Origin: Camelus ferus
Taxonomy: Eukaryota
Assembly: GCF_009834535.1 (NCBI RefSeq)
Contig: NC_045697.1
Coordinates: 27,158,001 to 27,222,000, forward strand
DNA: 64,000 bases
Direction of reading: 5' to 3'
Positions 27,732 through 39,909 of this stretch are shown piece by piece. Under the pieces are notes generated by a model, which did no database searches, was not told the origin of the DNA, and saw only the letters and a list, made by a program, of their open reading frames with translations. Position numbers and translations under genes: made by a program. Numbering within the stretch: the stretch's first letter is position 1; each line of letters starts with the position of its first letter.

Positions 27732-28850
27732 CTAGAGGTTAATATAAACCAGACATCAGCCATGAGATCTAATTGTTATGATTGCCTTGCCCTTCAGATT
27801 CACAGCCTGTGTAGGCCCAAAGCTCTCACCATGATTTCTGCTCATCCTGGAGGGCTGCATTCTCCTGGTCGCCTCTGCTCTCTGACATCTGACTTTCCCA
27901 TGAACTGCTTCTGCTCACACCAGATCACTTCCAGTACGAAACTCACCATCCTCTTTCATTTCCCAAACGAGCTCGCACACAGCCAACTTTTACGAGCACA
28001 GTAGATGGAGCAGATGGGGTAGGCTGGCCCACCCCGCACCGTGCCGCCTCCCTCGCCTGCCTCCATTGAAGAAGATAAAAAAGCGAATTATGTCCTTTCA
28101 CCCCTTGAGTTCAGGGAGGCCATGTGATGTAAGTAGAAACTTGCTGGGGATGTTTCTAGGAAAGATATTACCTTCTTAAAAAAGAATACGCCCATCATTG
28201 GTAGTCTTTCTCTTTCTTCCCTTCTTCCTGCCTTGGATATGGATTTAATATGTGAGCCCACAGCAGCTCCCTGAGACCGCAATGCAGCAAGCATGAGCAC
28301 AAAAGCCAGCAGACAAAGGATGGCAAAGTAGAAATAAAGACAGTACCTAGGTCCTTGATGGTGTCACCGATTGCTGAATCCATGCCAACAACTACGTACC
28401 TCTGATTTTAAATAAAATCACACTTATTTAAGCCACCAGGAGTCTGGTATTCTATGACTTGTAGCCTAATACGTCTCTAACAGATAAAGATTTTGCTGTG
28501 ATATTCTGGGGGTCCCAGGGAAGGTGAAGATTACATAACTTTTGCCAGCTTGCTTATCTCTCCTCCTCTCTCTTTTTCTCTTCTCCTTTCCTCTTCCATT
28601 TCATCATCTCCTCCAAAAGGCAAAGCAGAATTATCCCCTTGTTTCACACAAAGCATTTGTAACCGTAATGGCCTTTCTTACATAACTTAGACATCTCTTG
28701 CTCCATTCCAAATATTCACCACATTTTTTATTTCCAAAAAAGTCAGCTCTCTCTCTAAAAGGAATTCTCGTGCCAGATGTTTAGATAAAAATATGCTCTA
28801 CTTTCGTACATAAAAGATAATGCATTACTTAAAAGGATACCAATGCTTAC

Positions 28851-31166
28851 AGCCCTAGAGACTGAGAAGAGACCATCGCCAGTATTGATGAGGTAATTCT
28901 GCATAGCAGTGAGAATCGATCCCAGTGTTGGCTCCACCATCCTGGAGAGCACTGCCCAGCAAGGGCTGAGCAATTCGGCTTGCACTGCCTCCAGACATGG
29001 AAGGTCGTTTCTGTGGGACTTAGTCAACGGAACATGCTCCCCGTATCTCGCACTCCATTGCATTGTAAACCCTGGGAAAAGGCCATCTGCCTCGACCAGC
29101 TTCACCCAAGACCCTGCCCTGAAGTTGATCAGTCGCTGAAAAATGTGAGTGTCTTCACGGGACTGGGCTCAGAAAGTTCCTGCACTCAGCCAGCAGAGGT
29201 CAGCTGCCAAGAACATCCAAGCCTTGGCTTAAAGAGCTCAAGACAGCTGGTGGCTCTTTCAGAAATTTTTTTTTTTTTTTGATTGTCTTTTAATTTTATT
29301 AGCATCCAAGACTGGAGAAAATGAGAGAATGGATGGAGTGGGAGGAGTCAAGGACTGGAGGAGCAGGTGGGAGGCATTATCTCACTCAGACACATGAGTC
29401 CTTGCCTAGCCTCAAGGTGGAAGAATTGAGGGGAGAGGAAAAAAGATCTCTCTGCTAACAACTGGCAACTCAGGGAGAAACACTGGGCCCAACGTCAGGT
29501 GGAAGCAGTGCCACATCACTCCCTCACCAAAGGGCCAGCTTCTAAGGCCTAAGTAGCCATAGCCCTAGGCAGAGGAACTACCTGGGAACTGAGCTAAGGT
29601 AGGTTCCTTCCTCCAACAGGAGGCATGGCTGGGCAGGGGCTGTGCAGACTTGGCAAGGCCAGGCCAGCCCAGACAGCAGTCAGCCAGTCAGTGTCCATGC
29701 CCCTCCCTATTCCCTGCAGGCCCCGGGCAGGGGCAGTTCCAGTCAGTGGCTCCAGCCAGCAGCTTGGGCTGGGACGCTCTGGGAAAGACAGCAGAGGGTG
29801 GTCACTTGAGGAGTTTCACAGCTAGGCGGAGCTGAACTTCACAGAAGAAGATGTCCATGAGGTTGCGGCCCACCTCCTGTGCGATCTGGGAGATCAGGTG
29901 TCCCTTTGGACCGATCAGGATCCTCACATGAGATTCTTTGGGCACCAGAAGCTTCTGCTCTATCACCAGCTCCCCATTTGGCCCTTCATCCCACATCACT
30001 GTCTTCTGCTGGACACTGTAGGGCACCTCCTGGGGCAGGTACTCTAGAAGCTTCTCTCGGATGATGTTGGTGCAGATCTCCTCAGGTGTCTGGCTGGTAA
30101 GGACTCCACTGTGGAACTCCCAGGGCCCTGGCCGGGCCTGCGCCAGGAGGTATTGCTTTAGTGTCCTGACATCCTCCGGGCTTAGGGCTGACAGCATGAA
30201 GATCTCCTGGAAGTGGGGCCAGCCAGTCCTCTGAGGGTTTCCCACAGACTGTGTGTTTGGGCTCTTAGCTGCTGGGCTAGGGGCATGAGTGCCCGGCTGT
30301 GAGTGGAAGGCCTGCTTCATTTTGAGATTCTTGCCGTTGACCACACCTTCAGTGAGGGCCGCTGTGAGCTCCAGGAGAACAGACTTATGCTTCAGGCAAT
30401 CTTGTTCATAACAAGGATGCTGGGGACTTGGGAGAACTGGATCAGGCACTGGAGCAACTGGGGACTGAGCTGCTTCCGAGTCCACTTGTCGGAGACATCC
30501 ACAAGAACCACAACCAGATCAGCAGATTCCATGCTCTTCCATGGATCTTCCAACAAAGAGAGCTCCCGATTGTGCCTTTTCTGTTTAGCAGGGCTGATGA
30601 GGCCAGGTGTGTCAAGCAGAATCACCTGGGCCTCTTTCTCTGTGATGACCCCTAGAGCTTGGCTGCGAGTGGTGTGCACCTTCTTGGAGACCGGGAACAC
30701 TTTTCGGCCCAGCAGCTGGTTGGAGAGGGTTGACTTCCCTGCGTTCGGGGCACCCAGGAGGACCACTCGTAGGACCCGGGGGTTCTCAGGCATGTCGGGG
30801 CGATGGACCAAGAGGAGATCCTTCTCATCTTTGCGTATGGACACGGCGGGGGCGGGACAAGTCAACGAACTGTCGGGCTGAGAGAGTCCAAGGAAGCAGT
30901 CCAGGGCTGAGTTCTGGCCAGAGGGGTGAGAAGCTGAGGCCAGGAGGGGACCAGAGAAAGCAGGGCCCGCGGCACAGGAAACGCATCTCCGCGGACAGCC
31001 CAAGGGCGAGGGGAGCAGGGCCACCCACTCCCTCGCGGCATTGGGGCCCCGCTGCCAGACCCCTAATAAGGTCCGAAGGAACGCAGCCCCACGCCTGCCT
31101 GGGGCAGCCATCGCAGCCGCAAGGCCCAGAAATATTATTTTGTATGTTTTCTCCTGGAAGTAGAGA
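28851..31166 (-). pseudogene. Dynein-like AAA6 pseudo-exon split by the ERAL1 retrocopy (31166-31127 plus 29259-28851)
   Basis: Acceptor ctttcatttattccccttag| and donor GCT|gtaagc. Removing the retrocopy restores [22 protein letters not shown] (compare FQKLLLLRCLRPD). Later LSPCWAVLSRM (compare GxWVVLQNC). Confidence 0.55.
29260..31141 (-). pseudogene. ERAL1: ERAL1 (Era-like 12S mitochondrial rRNA chaperone GTPase) processed pseudogene
   Basis: Intronless, ATG 31111 to stop 29802. Motifs GAPNAGKS (G1), HTT (G2), DTPG (G3), MNK (G4) and a C-terminal KH-like region. A single -4 nt frameshift at about 30400 (1310 nt + 4 = 437 codons + stop). About 520 nt 3'UTR, AATAAA at 29295-29300, poly(A) at 29266-29280, TSD cagaaat(a/t)tt(a/t)tttt at 29260-29274 and 31127-31141. 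Confidence 0.95.
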
Positions 31167-31329
31167 CTAAGGGGAATAAATGAAAGTAAACTTCCTTGCA
31201 TAAATGTTTTAAATGTCTTTTTTTCCCTATCTTTCTGTGCTAACCTTGCACTCTACCCCTGCACATGAGATCCTTTGTTAAACCTACCCAAGGCTTTGTT
31301 TTTTTTTTTAATACATTCATTTGTCTAAG

Positions 31330-31525
31330 CCAGTGCTTCTCCATAGGAGTGATCTTTGACCCCGAGGAGACATTTGGCTATGCTCGCCGACATGCTTGGT
31401 CTCACCCCTGGCAAGTGGGGAGGAATGCTACTGACATCTAGCCGTTACGCATTCAACAATGCACAGGACGGCACCAAACGTCAAAGAACTACCTGCCCAA
31501 AATATCAGTAGTGCTGGAAACTCCA
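31330..31525. mobile_element. MER20-like hAT remnant
   Basis: cagtgcttctc..gacatttggc..gctactgacatctag..caatgcacaggac..gcccaaaatatcagtagtgctg. Confidence 0.65.
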
Positions 31526-31571
31526 GTCAAACTCAAGGACCAGTAAAAATAAGAAGAGAGAGCAAGCTTGC

Positions 31572-31774
31572 CCTTTGAGTCTTCTTAGAGTTATGTTTAA
31601 TTCTCAGATGTACTGATGTATTTTTCATTTATTTGCTTTGTCATTGATTGTGAGTGCCTCTGGCTCCACCTATCACTGGTGCACATAACCGTCTAGCGCA
31701 CAGCAGAGAGCCCACCACCCTGCTGCCATGATTAAACTGTTTACTCGGGGTTTATGTATTTACTGATTCCAGGA
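31572..31774 (-). pseudogene. Dynein-like pseudo-exon between AAA5 and AAA6
   Basis: Acceptor atttctctgtcag|. LIMAAGWWALCC..INDKANK*K compared with WLSxxxWxEI..NxxEWK. Ends AAAGG|gcaagc (GC or decayed donor), phase-compatible with the next exon. Confidence 0.5.
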
Positions 31775-32476
31775 CTGACAGAGAAATCAAGTTCAAGAGG
31801 GTAAATAACAAATCTCTGGGAACCTTTGCTCACATCATTTCCTCCACTGACCCTGGTTACTTCAAATTCTACCAATTTCATCTCCTTTTCCTTTTTAGAA
31901 GCTTCTCTGATTTGTCTTCAGTCAGCTCTTTCCTTTCAGAACTCTAAATGTGCTATCTCTCTTCCACTCAAATGATGCTTAATCAAATACACCTTGTGCT
32001 GGCTCTCACATTTCAGTCTGTCTAGTTATTAAATTAAACATTTTATCTCCATCCAGAGACTCTCTTTGGGGGCAGAGACCATGTCTCGCTTTTCATCAAA
32101 TCCCTGGAGGACCAGGTATAGTGCATAAACAAAAAGCCATCCAATAAACAGTGAATTCATGGATAAAATGTAGATCATGAATATATCTGTTTAAGAAAAT
32201 ATGGACATACTATTTTATGTGCTCAGACTCCTAATTTGGCCATCATGAACTGAAGGAAAAACATCTTATCTCCCTGAGAAAGTCTTTCTTATGACAAAAG
32301 TCATAGGTAAGCTTGGCCAAAGTTCACATGACTAAGTCATGACCAAAAAGAAATGACCTGTGACCTTCAGTGACGTGCTCAAAGTAGAAAATGTGAATGA
32401 GCTTAATGATTAGTGACGGTGGTTAAAAATTAAGTCTTTAAAACTCTAATTGTGTGAATACTAAGGCTGCACATAC

Positions 32477-32637
32477 CTGGCCGTAATAGGTGGTATCCTT
32501 CTGACAAAATTTCTGCTTCTAATATTTTCCTTCTAACAGTCTTCAGAGCAAATAGAACAAAGCCAACCAGAAAAATGACAGGGAACAGACTTTCCATATA
32601 CCTATTGTCTGCTTTCCTTTTAGACATATCCTTCATC
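32477..32637 (-). pseudogene. Dynein-like pseudo-exon, AAA5 small domain (fully open)
   Basis: Acceptor tcttttgtcccag| and donor CAG|gtatgt; 161 nt with no stop. YMESLFPVIFLVGFVLFALKTVRRKILEAEILSEGYHLLRP compared with VCRSLFEKHKLLFSFLLxxKIL..EIxxxEWxFLLxG. Confidence 0.65.
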
Positions 32638-35169
32638 CTGGGACAAAAGACTTGTCCCAAATAAACTGATTTAAAATATACAGAAAGGTCATTTCTACGA
32701 AGTTTCATAATAAAACTATGTCTACTATTTTAGAAAGGTTTTATAACTTTCTTTAAAGGTTTCTCTTTTGCCAGTAAATTCATATCTTATGTACTGCAGC
32801 CCTGGAGTAGTGCTGATTTATTATACACTATTTGTCTCTCTTTTCTGAGCCAAAAATGAACAAAGCATCACATGGAGCAGTACACCACTAAGGAAAATGC
32901 AGCAGACCCCGCGGTCCATCCCTACTGCAACCATGAGAGCAGCCGTCCCTCCTTGAGTTGAGATGCTTTGAAATAAGGATCACTCCTCTGTTGTGCCCTC
33001 TCTGTTGCCATTGCTGGCTAACAGTTTTTAAGCACTGGCTCTCAAAATGATCAGTTGATTAGTGCTGGACATGCCGTAATAAGGAAGAATACCAGCCTGA
33101 ATGTCAAAATGCAGATTTTAGGGCAGCACAAGAGCTAACAAGGGAAAGGCCAAGAAAATCTAGGATAAGGAATAACAAGCAACGGGGCATTGATGGAAGC
33201 CCTTTAACTTTGTGCTGGGCTTCAGGAACAGACTGACAGCCTGGGAAGGCTGACATATGCTGGAGGACACAGTGGCCACAGGCAAGGAGTGACCTCAGGG
33301 GAGAAGAGCAGTTGCCAAGGCACAGTGAAGGGTGGACATCAAAGACTCGGATGCCATGGGCTCAGGAATCACTGGTTGCCCCTCCGCACCTCTATGCTGA
33401 TGCAGAGAGGCCAGCTGGGCAACAAGCAAATGTCATCAAGTCACATGTGCAGGGAAGGCTCGCAGGAAAGAGCCATCAGTCCTAACTGGGGAGGTCAGGT
33501 GAGGCTGTGGTTTATAAAGTCCTTTTGACCTATTCCTTTTTACCCTCTCAATTGCACACTGAAGTTTCCCTAGGAAGATGGAATCAGCCACGTTATTTTC
33601 CAACCACTGCAGTGGAAAAACCTAGCGGCAACACCAGAAAGAAAGTTCAGGGGCCATGGGACTGACTATATAATGAAGCTCCATTTGTCTAGAAATGGTA
33701 CTTTGTTTAACTTATATTGATGCATCTCACAGTTATGTGCGATACACATGAGCAAGGGAAGCTACTGTTAAGACCAAATTTTCTTTCTCATTGACTCATA
33801 GCAAAAATGGCTAACAGTTATTGAGTTCTCACTAATTACACAGAGTATGATATAGGAATAACATATGGAATTACACATGTAGATATTATACATAGTAATT
33901 CCTTACCACGTAGCCATGGGATAGTAGTGTTATTATTCCCATTTTAGAGCAGAGGAACCTGAGGCTCAGAGAGAGTTATAAAGTCAGACACCTAGTAAGT
34001 GGCAGAGTGGGGATTCCAAGCTCATCCACCTCCATTCTTAGCCATTACGCTCCCCAATAAAAAGCTTTTCTCCACTTATATATTAGTTAAGGTAACATTA
34101 AATGTTATAAGAGACAAACTCCCCAATCTTGGTCACTGTCCACAAAGGAAGCTTATCTCTCACTCGTCTCCCACTCACCCCAAGTCCAGTTGGCGGTGGT
34201 TTATGTAAGGTCTGCTGCATAGACAGTCAAGGACCAGGCAGTTGGAGGCTCTGACACCTTCAACATCTCCTTCCAGAGTCGCCCTGAATGTTGAAGTTCA
34301 GTCAGCAGAAAGGGGAAGAAAGAAGATTTTTATAGGTCAAATCTGGAAATGCCAGACATAAATTCTGTCTATTCCACTTACCAGCAATCCATTGTGCAAC
34401 TGGGAAATGGAGTCTAGCTGGGAGGAAAGGGAAAGGCATGGATGCATGGCAAGGCACACTCTGCTTCAGATCATAACTACCTGTCTGCATAGAAGTGTTC
34501 TCAGGAAACAGGAGGCTCTGCCTGAGTCTGACGACTTTAGAATTCAGCTGAAGATCAAGTGAATTCCACAACGTTTAGTCTTCTCTATGAATATTGACTC
34601 AGTCAGGATCCCCTCAGGAGAACAGAAAACACTTTAGGTCTTTCAAACAATGAGAATTTAATACAATGAATTTATAAAAAGAGTTGAGAAGCCAAAGAGG
34701 GGGCAGTGAGACTGCCCAGAGATGAGAGATATAGGAAGTCAGCACCATCCCCTGGACGAGGAGGTCAGTAGGATGAGATGCTGCTGGCAGAGCCCCAGAG
34801 CTGGGGCTTTCCAGAGAGAGGGGCTGATGGCAGGAGGGAGAGGCACAGCTGCCGTAGGAGACTCCACCAGAGACAGAGAGAGACACGGAGGGAGGCAAGG
34901 AAGGAGGAAAAGAAGGAAGAAGAATGAGACGGATGCGCACAGAGGAATGCTACGGCTTCTCTCCTCCTCTTCGCCCCAAAGCTTTCTTTCTTGCCTCCCT
35001 GTTGCTGAACCTATCAAGAAACCAGTCCACCAGGGAGCCTGAGAAATGTAGGCCCCTACAATACAGAGCAGAGCAGGGAGAGGGCAGAGAATGAATCTAA
35101 CAGCAAACAGGCAAGTGATCAGCAATAATATCAGACCCCCTCCAACTTACCCGTTAAATCTAACAGCAG

Positions 35170-35712
35170 TGGAAGCAACCTAAATGTCCTAAATGACAGA
35201 TGAATGGATAAAGAAGATGTGGAACATTTATACAATAGAATACTACTCAGCCATAAAAAAGAATGAAATAATACCATTTGCAGCCATGTGGATGGACCTA
35301 AAGATTATCATACTAAGTGAAGTAAGTCAGACAGAGAGAGATAAATACCATATGATACCACTTATTTATGGAATCTAAAAAAAATTGATACAAATGAACT
35401 TATTTACAAAACAGAAAGAGACTCACAGACGTAGAAAACAAACTTATGGTTACCACAGGGGGAGAGGTTAGGGAGGGATAAACTAGGAGTTTAGAATTAG
35501 CAGATACTACTATATATAAAATAGATAAACAAGGTCCTGTTGTATAGGACTATGGGAAACTATATTTAATATTTTGTAATAACTTATAATGAAAAAGAAT
35601 ACAGAAAAGAATATATATATGTGTACAACTGAATCACTATGCTGTACACCAGAAACTAACACAACACTGAAAATCAACTATACTTCAATTAAAAAATAAA
35701 TAAGTAAATAAA
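35170..35712 (+). mobile_element. L1 3' end fragment
   Basis: TDEWIKKMW..EYYSAIKKNEI..WMDL, 3'UTR and A-rich tail; probable TSD aaa(t/c)ctaacag. Confidence 0.9.
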
Positions 35713-37744
35713 CCTAACAGAGAGATGCACTAAAATTGTTTAGCTCTATCTCTACAAATAAGGCAATACGAATGCCTAGTTTATAAAGCAAACTGCCAGT
35801 AAGGCTGGGTGTTTTTAGGCCTCATGACTCTGTTATGTCATACCTCGAAGTCATGCAGAAAATCAGAGTAAGTTATTATCAGGGTAAACCTTCAGTACAA
35901 CTTTCTGCTTTTTTTTTTTATATATATAAATCAGAAATACAGAAAACTCTACAGAAGCAAAGAATCCATTCAACATTCATTCACTTACTTATTTTAGGGC
36001 CAGGCTCTCTGCTATGAGCCAGGGTAGTTCTAAGACATAGAAGATTACCTCTCTCCCGTTCCCATCATTCCAAGTCTTCTCCTGGCTGTCTTTGCTGCAT
36101 AACTACAACTGTGTCCATGCCTAGAAATCTTGTGTGCTCCCCCTTTGAAATTTTAAACTCAAATGTCCTAGTGTCTCTCTAGTGTCTCCGACACTCTCCT
36201 CTCTTTCCAGCATTCTCGTCATTGACATTTAAACATGCATCCAGACCTCCAGTACCATTATCCCGCTCTCTTCCCACATCTTCTATAATCCCAGAACCAA
36301 TGGTCCAGCACTCACCCACTCTTTCTCACTACAGTGATTGATAGGGTTTGTTGTTGTTTGTGTGTTGTTTGTTTTCCTTTTCAGCGTCTAAATCCCCATT
36401 TCTAATTGGGAGGAATCCCTAAGGTGAGAGTCTGCTGGGAGGTAAAGACTCATTCCCAGTATGGAGGCTGCAGGAGCCAGACACTTCTCTCCCCTTCCTG
36501 GACACGTGATCAAGGGTTAGCCAGTTGGATGCTCCTGCCTGAGGCCTCAATTCTTAACCTCTAGGAACAAAAGGATAGTTTAGTATGTTTTCAGGGCTGC
36601 AAAGTCCAGGTGGGGCAGGTGTAGTGGCAGTCGGAGGAGCCCTGCTGGCTCCTAGGCAACAGGGATAGCCATTCCAGCAGGGTCTCCTGGTCATTCATTC
36701 CTGTGTAGGCTGCCTCATCTCCCTTGGTTCCCGTCTGTTGTTTTAAGCCTGATTCTCTAACCGTCCCTTTGATCTCTGAGCTATTCATTATGTACTGAAG
36801 TTAATGGTTCATTTCCATTACCTTCAACCAGATGACTGATATATTTACCACACTTCAACTCACTTGTTCCTTTGTCATTCTTGTCACCTCTCTGCAAACT
36901 CTAACTTTTGTTTCCTGACTCGATCTCCATTTTTTCACTCCCACATTCTGATTTTGGATTAGTGTCAGGAAAAAAAATCACTTTTTAGACTGCAACAAAT
37001 TCATGATCTGTGACCTCAGCCAGAGTCCTTCTAAGAATACTTGCCTCCTTATCTTGCTCCCCAAAGCAGCTACATCAGTTCTTACAGATTCTTTCCAAGA
37101 TCCCGCCTTCCATCATCTCTTACCTTCCTCATTTCCAAGGATTTTCAACAAACAATTTAGTCATCTGCTTCACAGAGGAAAGAGAGGCCATGAGATTTAA
37201 GTCAGCTAAATAAACAATCATTTCATGAATGGTTACAGCTACAGTCAGTACATAACTACTATCCTGGGCTTCTCTTCTTCACCTTAAGATTATTTTCAAA
37301 AAATTCCAAGTATTTACACAGACCACACAAACTTTTTCTGCCTAGAGACTATGTCAATGTATATGTATTATATGTGTACACAAACACACATATGTACATA
37401 CACACATATACATATGTGGATCAATATGTCCCATATTTTTTTTGTTGTTGGCATAAACTCTCTTTCCCTTTCTATTCTTTTATTTTGTATTATAAACAGA
37501 GCAGCTATATTTGTGCTTCTACAAGTGATGTCACTTCCTTTAAGTTTATTTCCTTAGGGTATATCTCCAAAATAGTATTAGTGGGTCAAAGGGTATGGAT
37601 AGTTTTTAAAGCGCCTACTACATATTGGAAACTTATTCTCCAGAAACGTTCCTTCTGCAGTGAGAAAGCACATTCTGTTTTCCCATGGTGACCATGTAGC
37701 CCTGGCTCTACTGGACATTATAATTTTTTAAAAACTTTTGCTAC

Positions 37745-38078
37745 CTTATTTTATATTTCTTCTTTCTATTGGCCCATAGGTTCTTTCCATGAGACAATGA
37801 AATATCTCTTATTCTGGATCAGCTTTAATGCTTGCTGAAGGAATTCTCCTTGCTGGCTTGTACATTGGTGAGCTTGCTATATGTCAATAGTAAAGCTTTT
37901 ATCAGATGTCATCATTGCATTTGCTTCCTCTATTCTATTCATTTATTTCAATATTTATCTCAATACACTGTGTGTACACAGCTTTTAGTTTGACCTCAAC
38001 AGATTTGATCATATGCATTGCAAATCTGGTCGCAGCCTACACTTCTCAATATTCAGAGATGTATTTTCTCCTCCATAA
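37745..38078 (-). pseudogene. Dynein-like pseudo-exon, AAA5 buttress
   Basis: Acceptor aatttaattcag| and donor AAG|gtagca. MEEKI (compare LEDKIL), then IDI*QAHQCTSQQGEFLQQALKLIQNKRYFIVSW compared with IDxxRxxYRPVAxRGSLLYFxIxDL..MYQYSL. Frameshifted. Confidence 0.6.
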
Positions 38079-39609
38079 CTGAATTAAATTTGGCATTCCA
38101 TTTTTCCAAAGATTTGTTTCTTTGATAGATTAGTTTTAATACTCAACTCTTTGACCCATCTGCAGTGGACTTCAGAATACAACACGAAGTCCAGAGCAAA
38201 GCTAATTTTTCTCCCTACTGTTCTGCTTGCCTGACAACACTTATTAAACAGTGATTTATCCTCCACCCCAACCACAGCATTTTTTTAAAACTTCTAACAA
38301 TGATGTTTAATCCAGTATTTCTCATTGTGTAGAAGAGTGAATTACTGTAAGAAGTTGATGTAGTAATTCAGACTTGAAAACTCCCCTCTGAGAAGCAGGG
38401 ATTTTTTTAGTTTAAAAAAAACATCTAATGAACAAATGGAAACTTAGGACTATGAGGGATTTTGAAATATCCTTTCCAACCCTTTCCTCCTAATACAAAT
38501 GAGGAAACAGAGACACTAATGAATTAAATATGATACAAGGCACTCTGCTAAGGACTGTGGGAATATGTAGTGAATTACGGCACATATGTAATTAAGAAAT
38601 GAATTTCAGATGAAAATGCATATAAGCATTAAATAACATCAGTAATAAAAATAAACAAGTAATAATATAAAAATACACAGCTAAGGATAATAATAATAAA
38701 TATACAGCTAATAAAATATACAGCTCATAATAATGACAGCTACTATTAACTGAAGATCTATTGTGTTCCAAGCACTATGAATCTCTTTTAAGCCCATGAC
38801 AACACCATAGGGTATGCATTATTATTCCCATTTAGATACCTAGTAATTTGCCCAAATTCTGCCACCAAGTGGCAAGAGCCAGCTCCCAGCTCTCTCCGAC
38901 TCGAAAGCTTTATCCCGCTACACAACACTGCCGCCCAGCTACCCAAAGGTAAAAGAGTAGACATGCCAAGAGACTGCTAAAGAAACTACTGCACTAAGAT
39001 AAAACCCAACCTTCTACATAATTTCACTTACAACTGATTAAAAGAGTTGCCTCAATTACTAAAATTATATGATTTGGGGAAAAACAAGTGACCACTTTAG
39101 AACTCAGTTTACACTGAGGACAGCTGCCCTCAGGAGTCAGGAGAAGGCAATAGACAAAATGATCTCTAAAATCTCTTCCGGTTTTAAAATTCTAGGATTC
39201 TAATTTCTGCTGCCTACTTTTCACTCTTCCATAAAAAATAAAAGTGGTACAATTTGTTTTAAACAAGTACATGTTTTTCTCTAAAACAATTTTAGGGCCA
39301 ATAAAACCTTTAATAGAAATTAAGTTTTATATCCATGAAAGAAAAGGAAAATAATACATTAAAATATTTTCCAATTTTTAAAAATTAACATATAATGTAA
39401 AAAAAGGAAATCCTTTGAAAGATTATTCTTAATACAATGATGGTGTAAGATGATCTAGGAGAATAAGTATTACATTTGATTTAAGGTTATAATAATAATA
39501 GTAAGTACTTGTTTAGTGAATTAAGAAATGAACAAATTTTATTTAACTAAATTGCAATGCCTGGACCAAAAAATGTATTTATTAATTCCACTATATTTGT
39601 AGTAATTGC

Positions 39610-39909
39610 TGACTAAATGGTAATTTTTTATTTAGATCATTTTCATAGACTTAATATAAGATACACTTAAATGAAGGCTTATGTTAAATATTCGGGCAAA
39701 CCAGTCTAATCCCCGCAAGATCTTAGATCTGGATAGAGTTTTTCTCTTTGAATAGAAATAGAATTCTGAAATACTTGCAAGAATATATGAGCCATTGCCA
39801 ATGACAAGAAATTCAGCATTTCCCACCTGTTGGCATTATCACAGGTCAAGGGAGGCATCCCTTGATAAGCATTCCCGTAGTTAAACCTTAAATCTTCCAA
39901 GAAAACAAT
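39610..39909 (-). pseudogene. Dynein-like pseudo-exon, AAA5
   Basis: Acceptor aaactcccttag|. EFLVIGNGSYILASISEFYFYSKRK..ARIFNISL compared with YIKLGDKEVEYNPNFRLYLTTK..VTLLNF. 3' end approximate. Confidence 0.5.

Noticed and set aside
30303..31170. + strand ORFs of 192 and 146 aa
   Set aside because: Antisense shadows of the ERAL1 retrocopy.
29802..31201. ERAL1 as a functional gene or two separate genes
   Set aside because: Intronless with poly(A) and TSD, and frameshifted in the G4 motif, so it is one processed pseudogene.
32477..39909. TMEM156-like or type II membrane protein reading (ISLHL and RKILE words, hydrophobic stretch)
   Set aside because: Only short word matches; the same segments fit dynein AAA5 motifs in collinear context much better.
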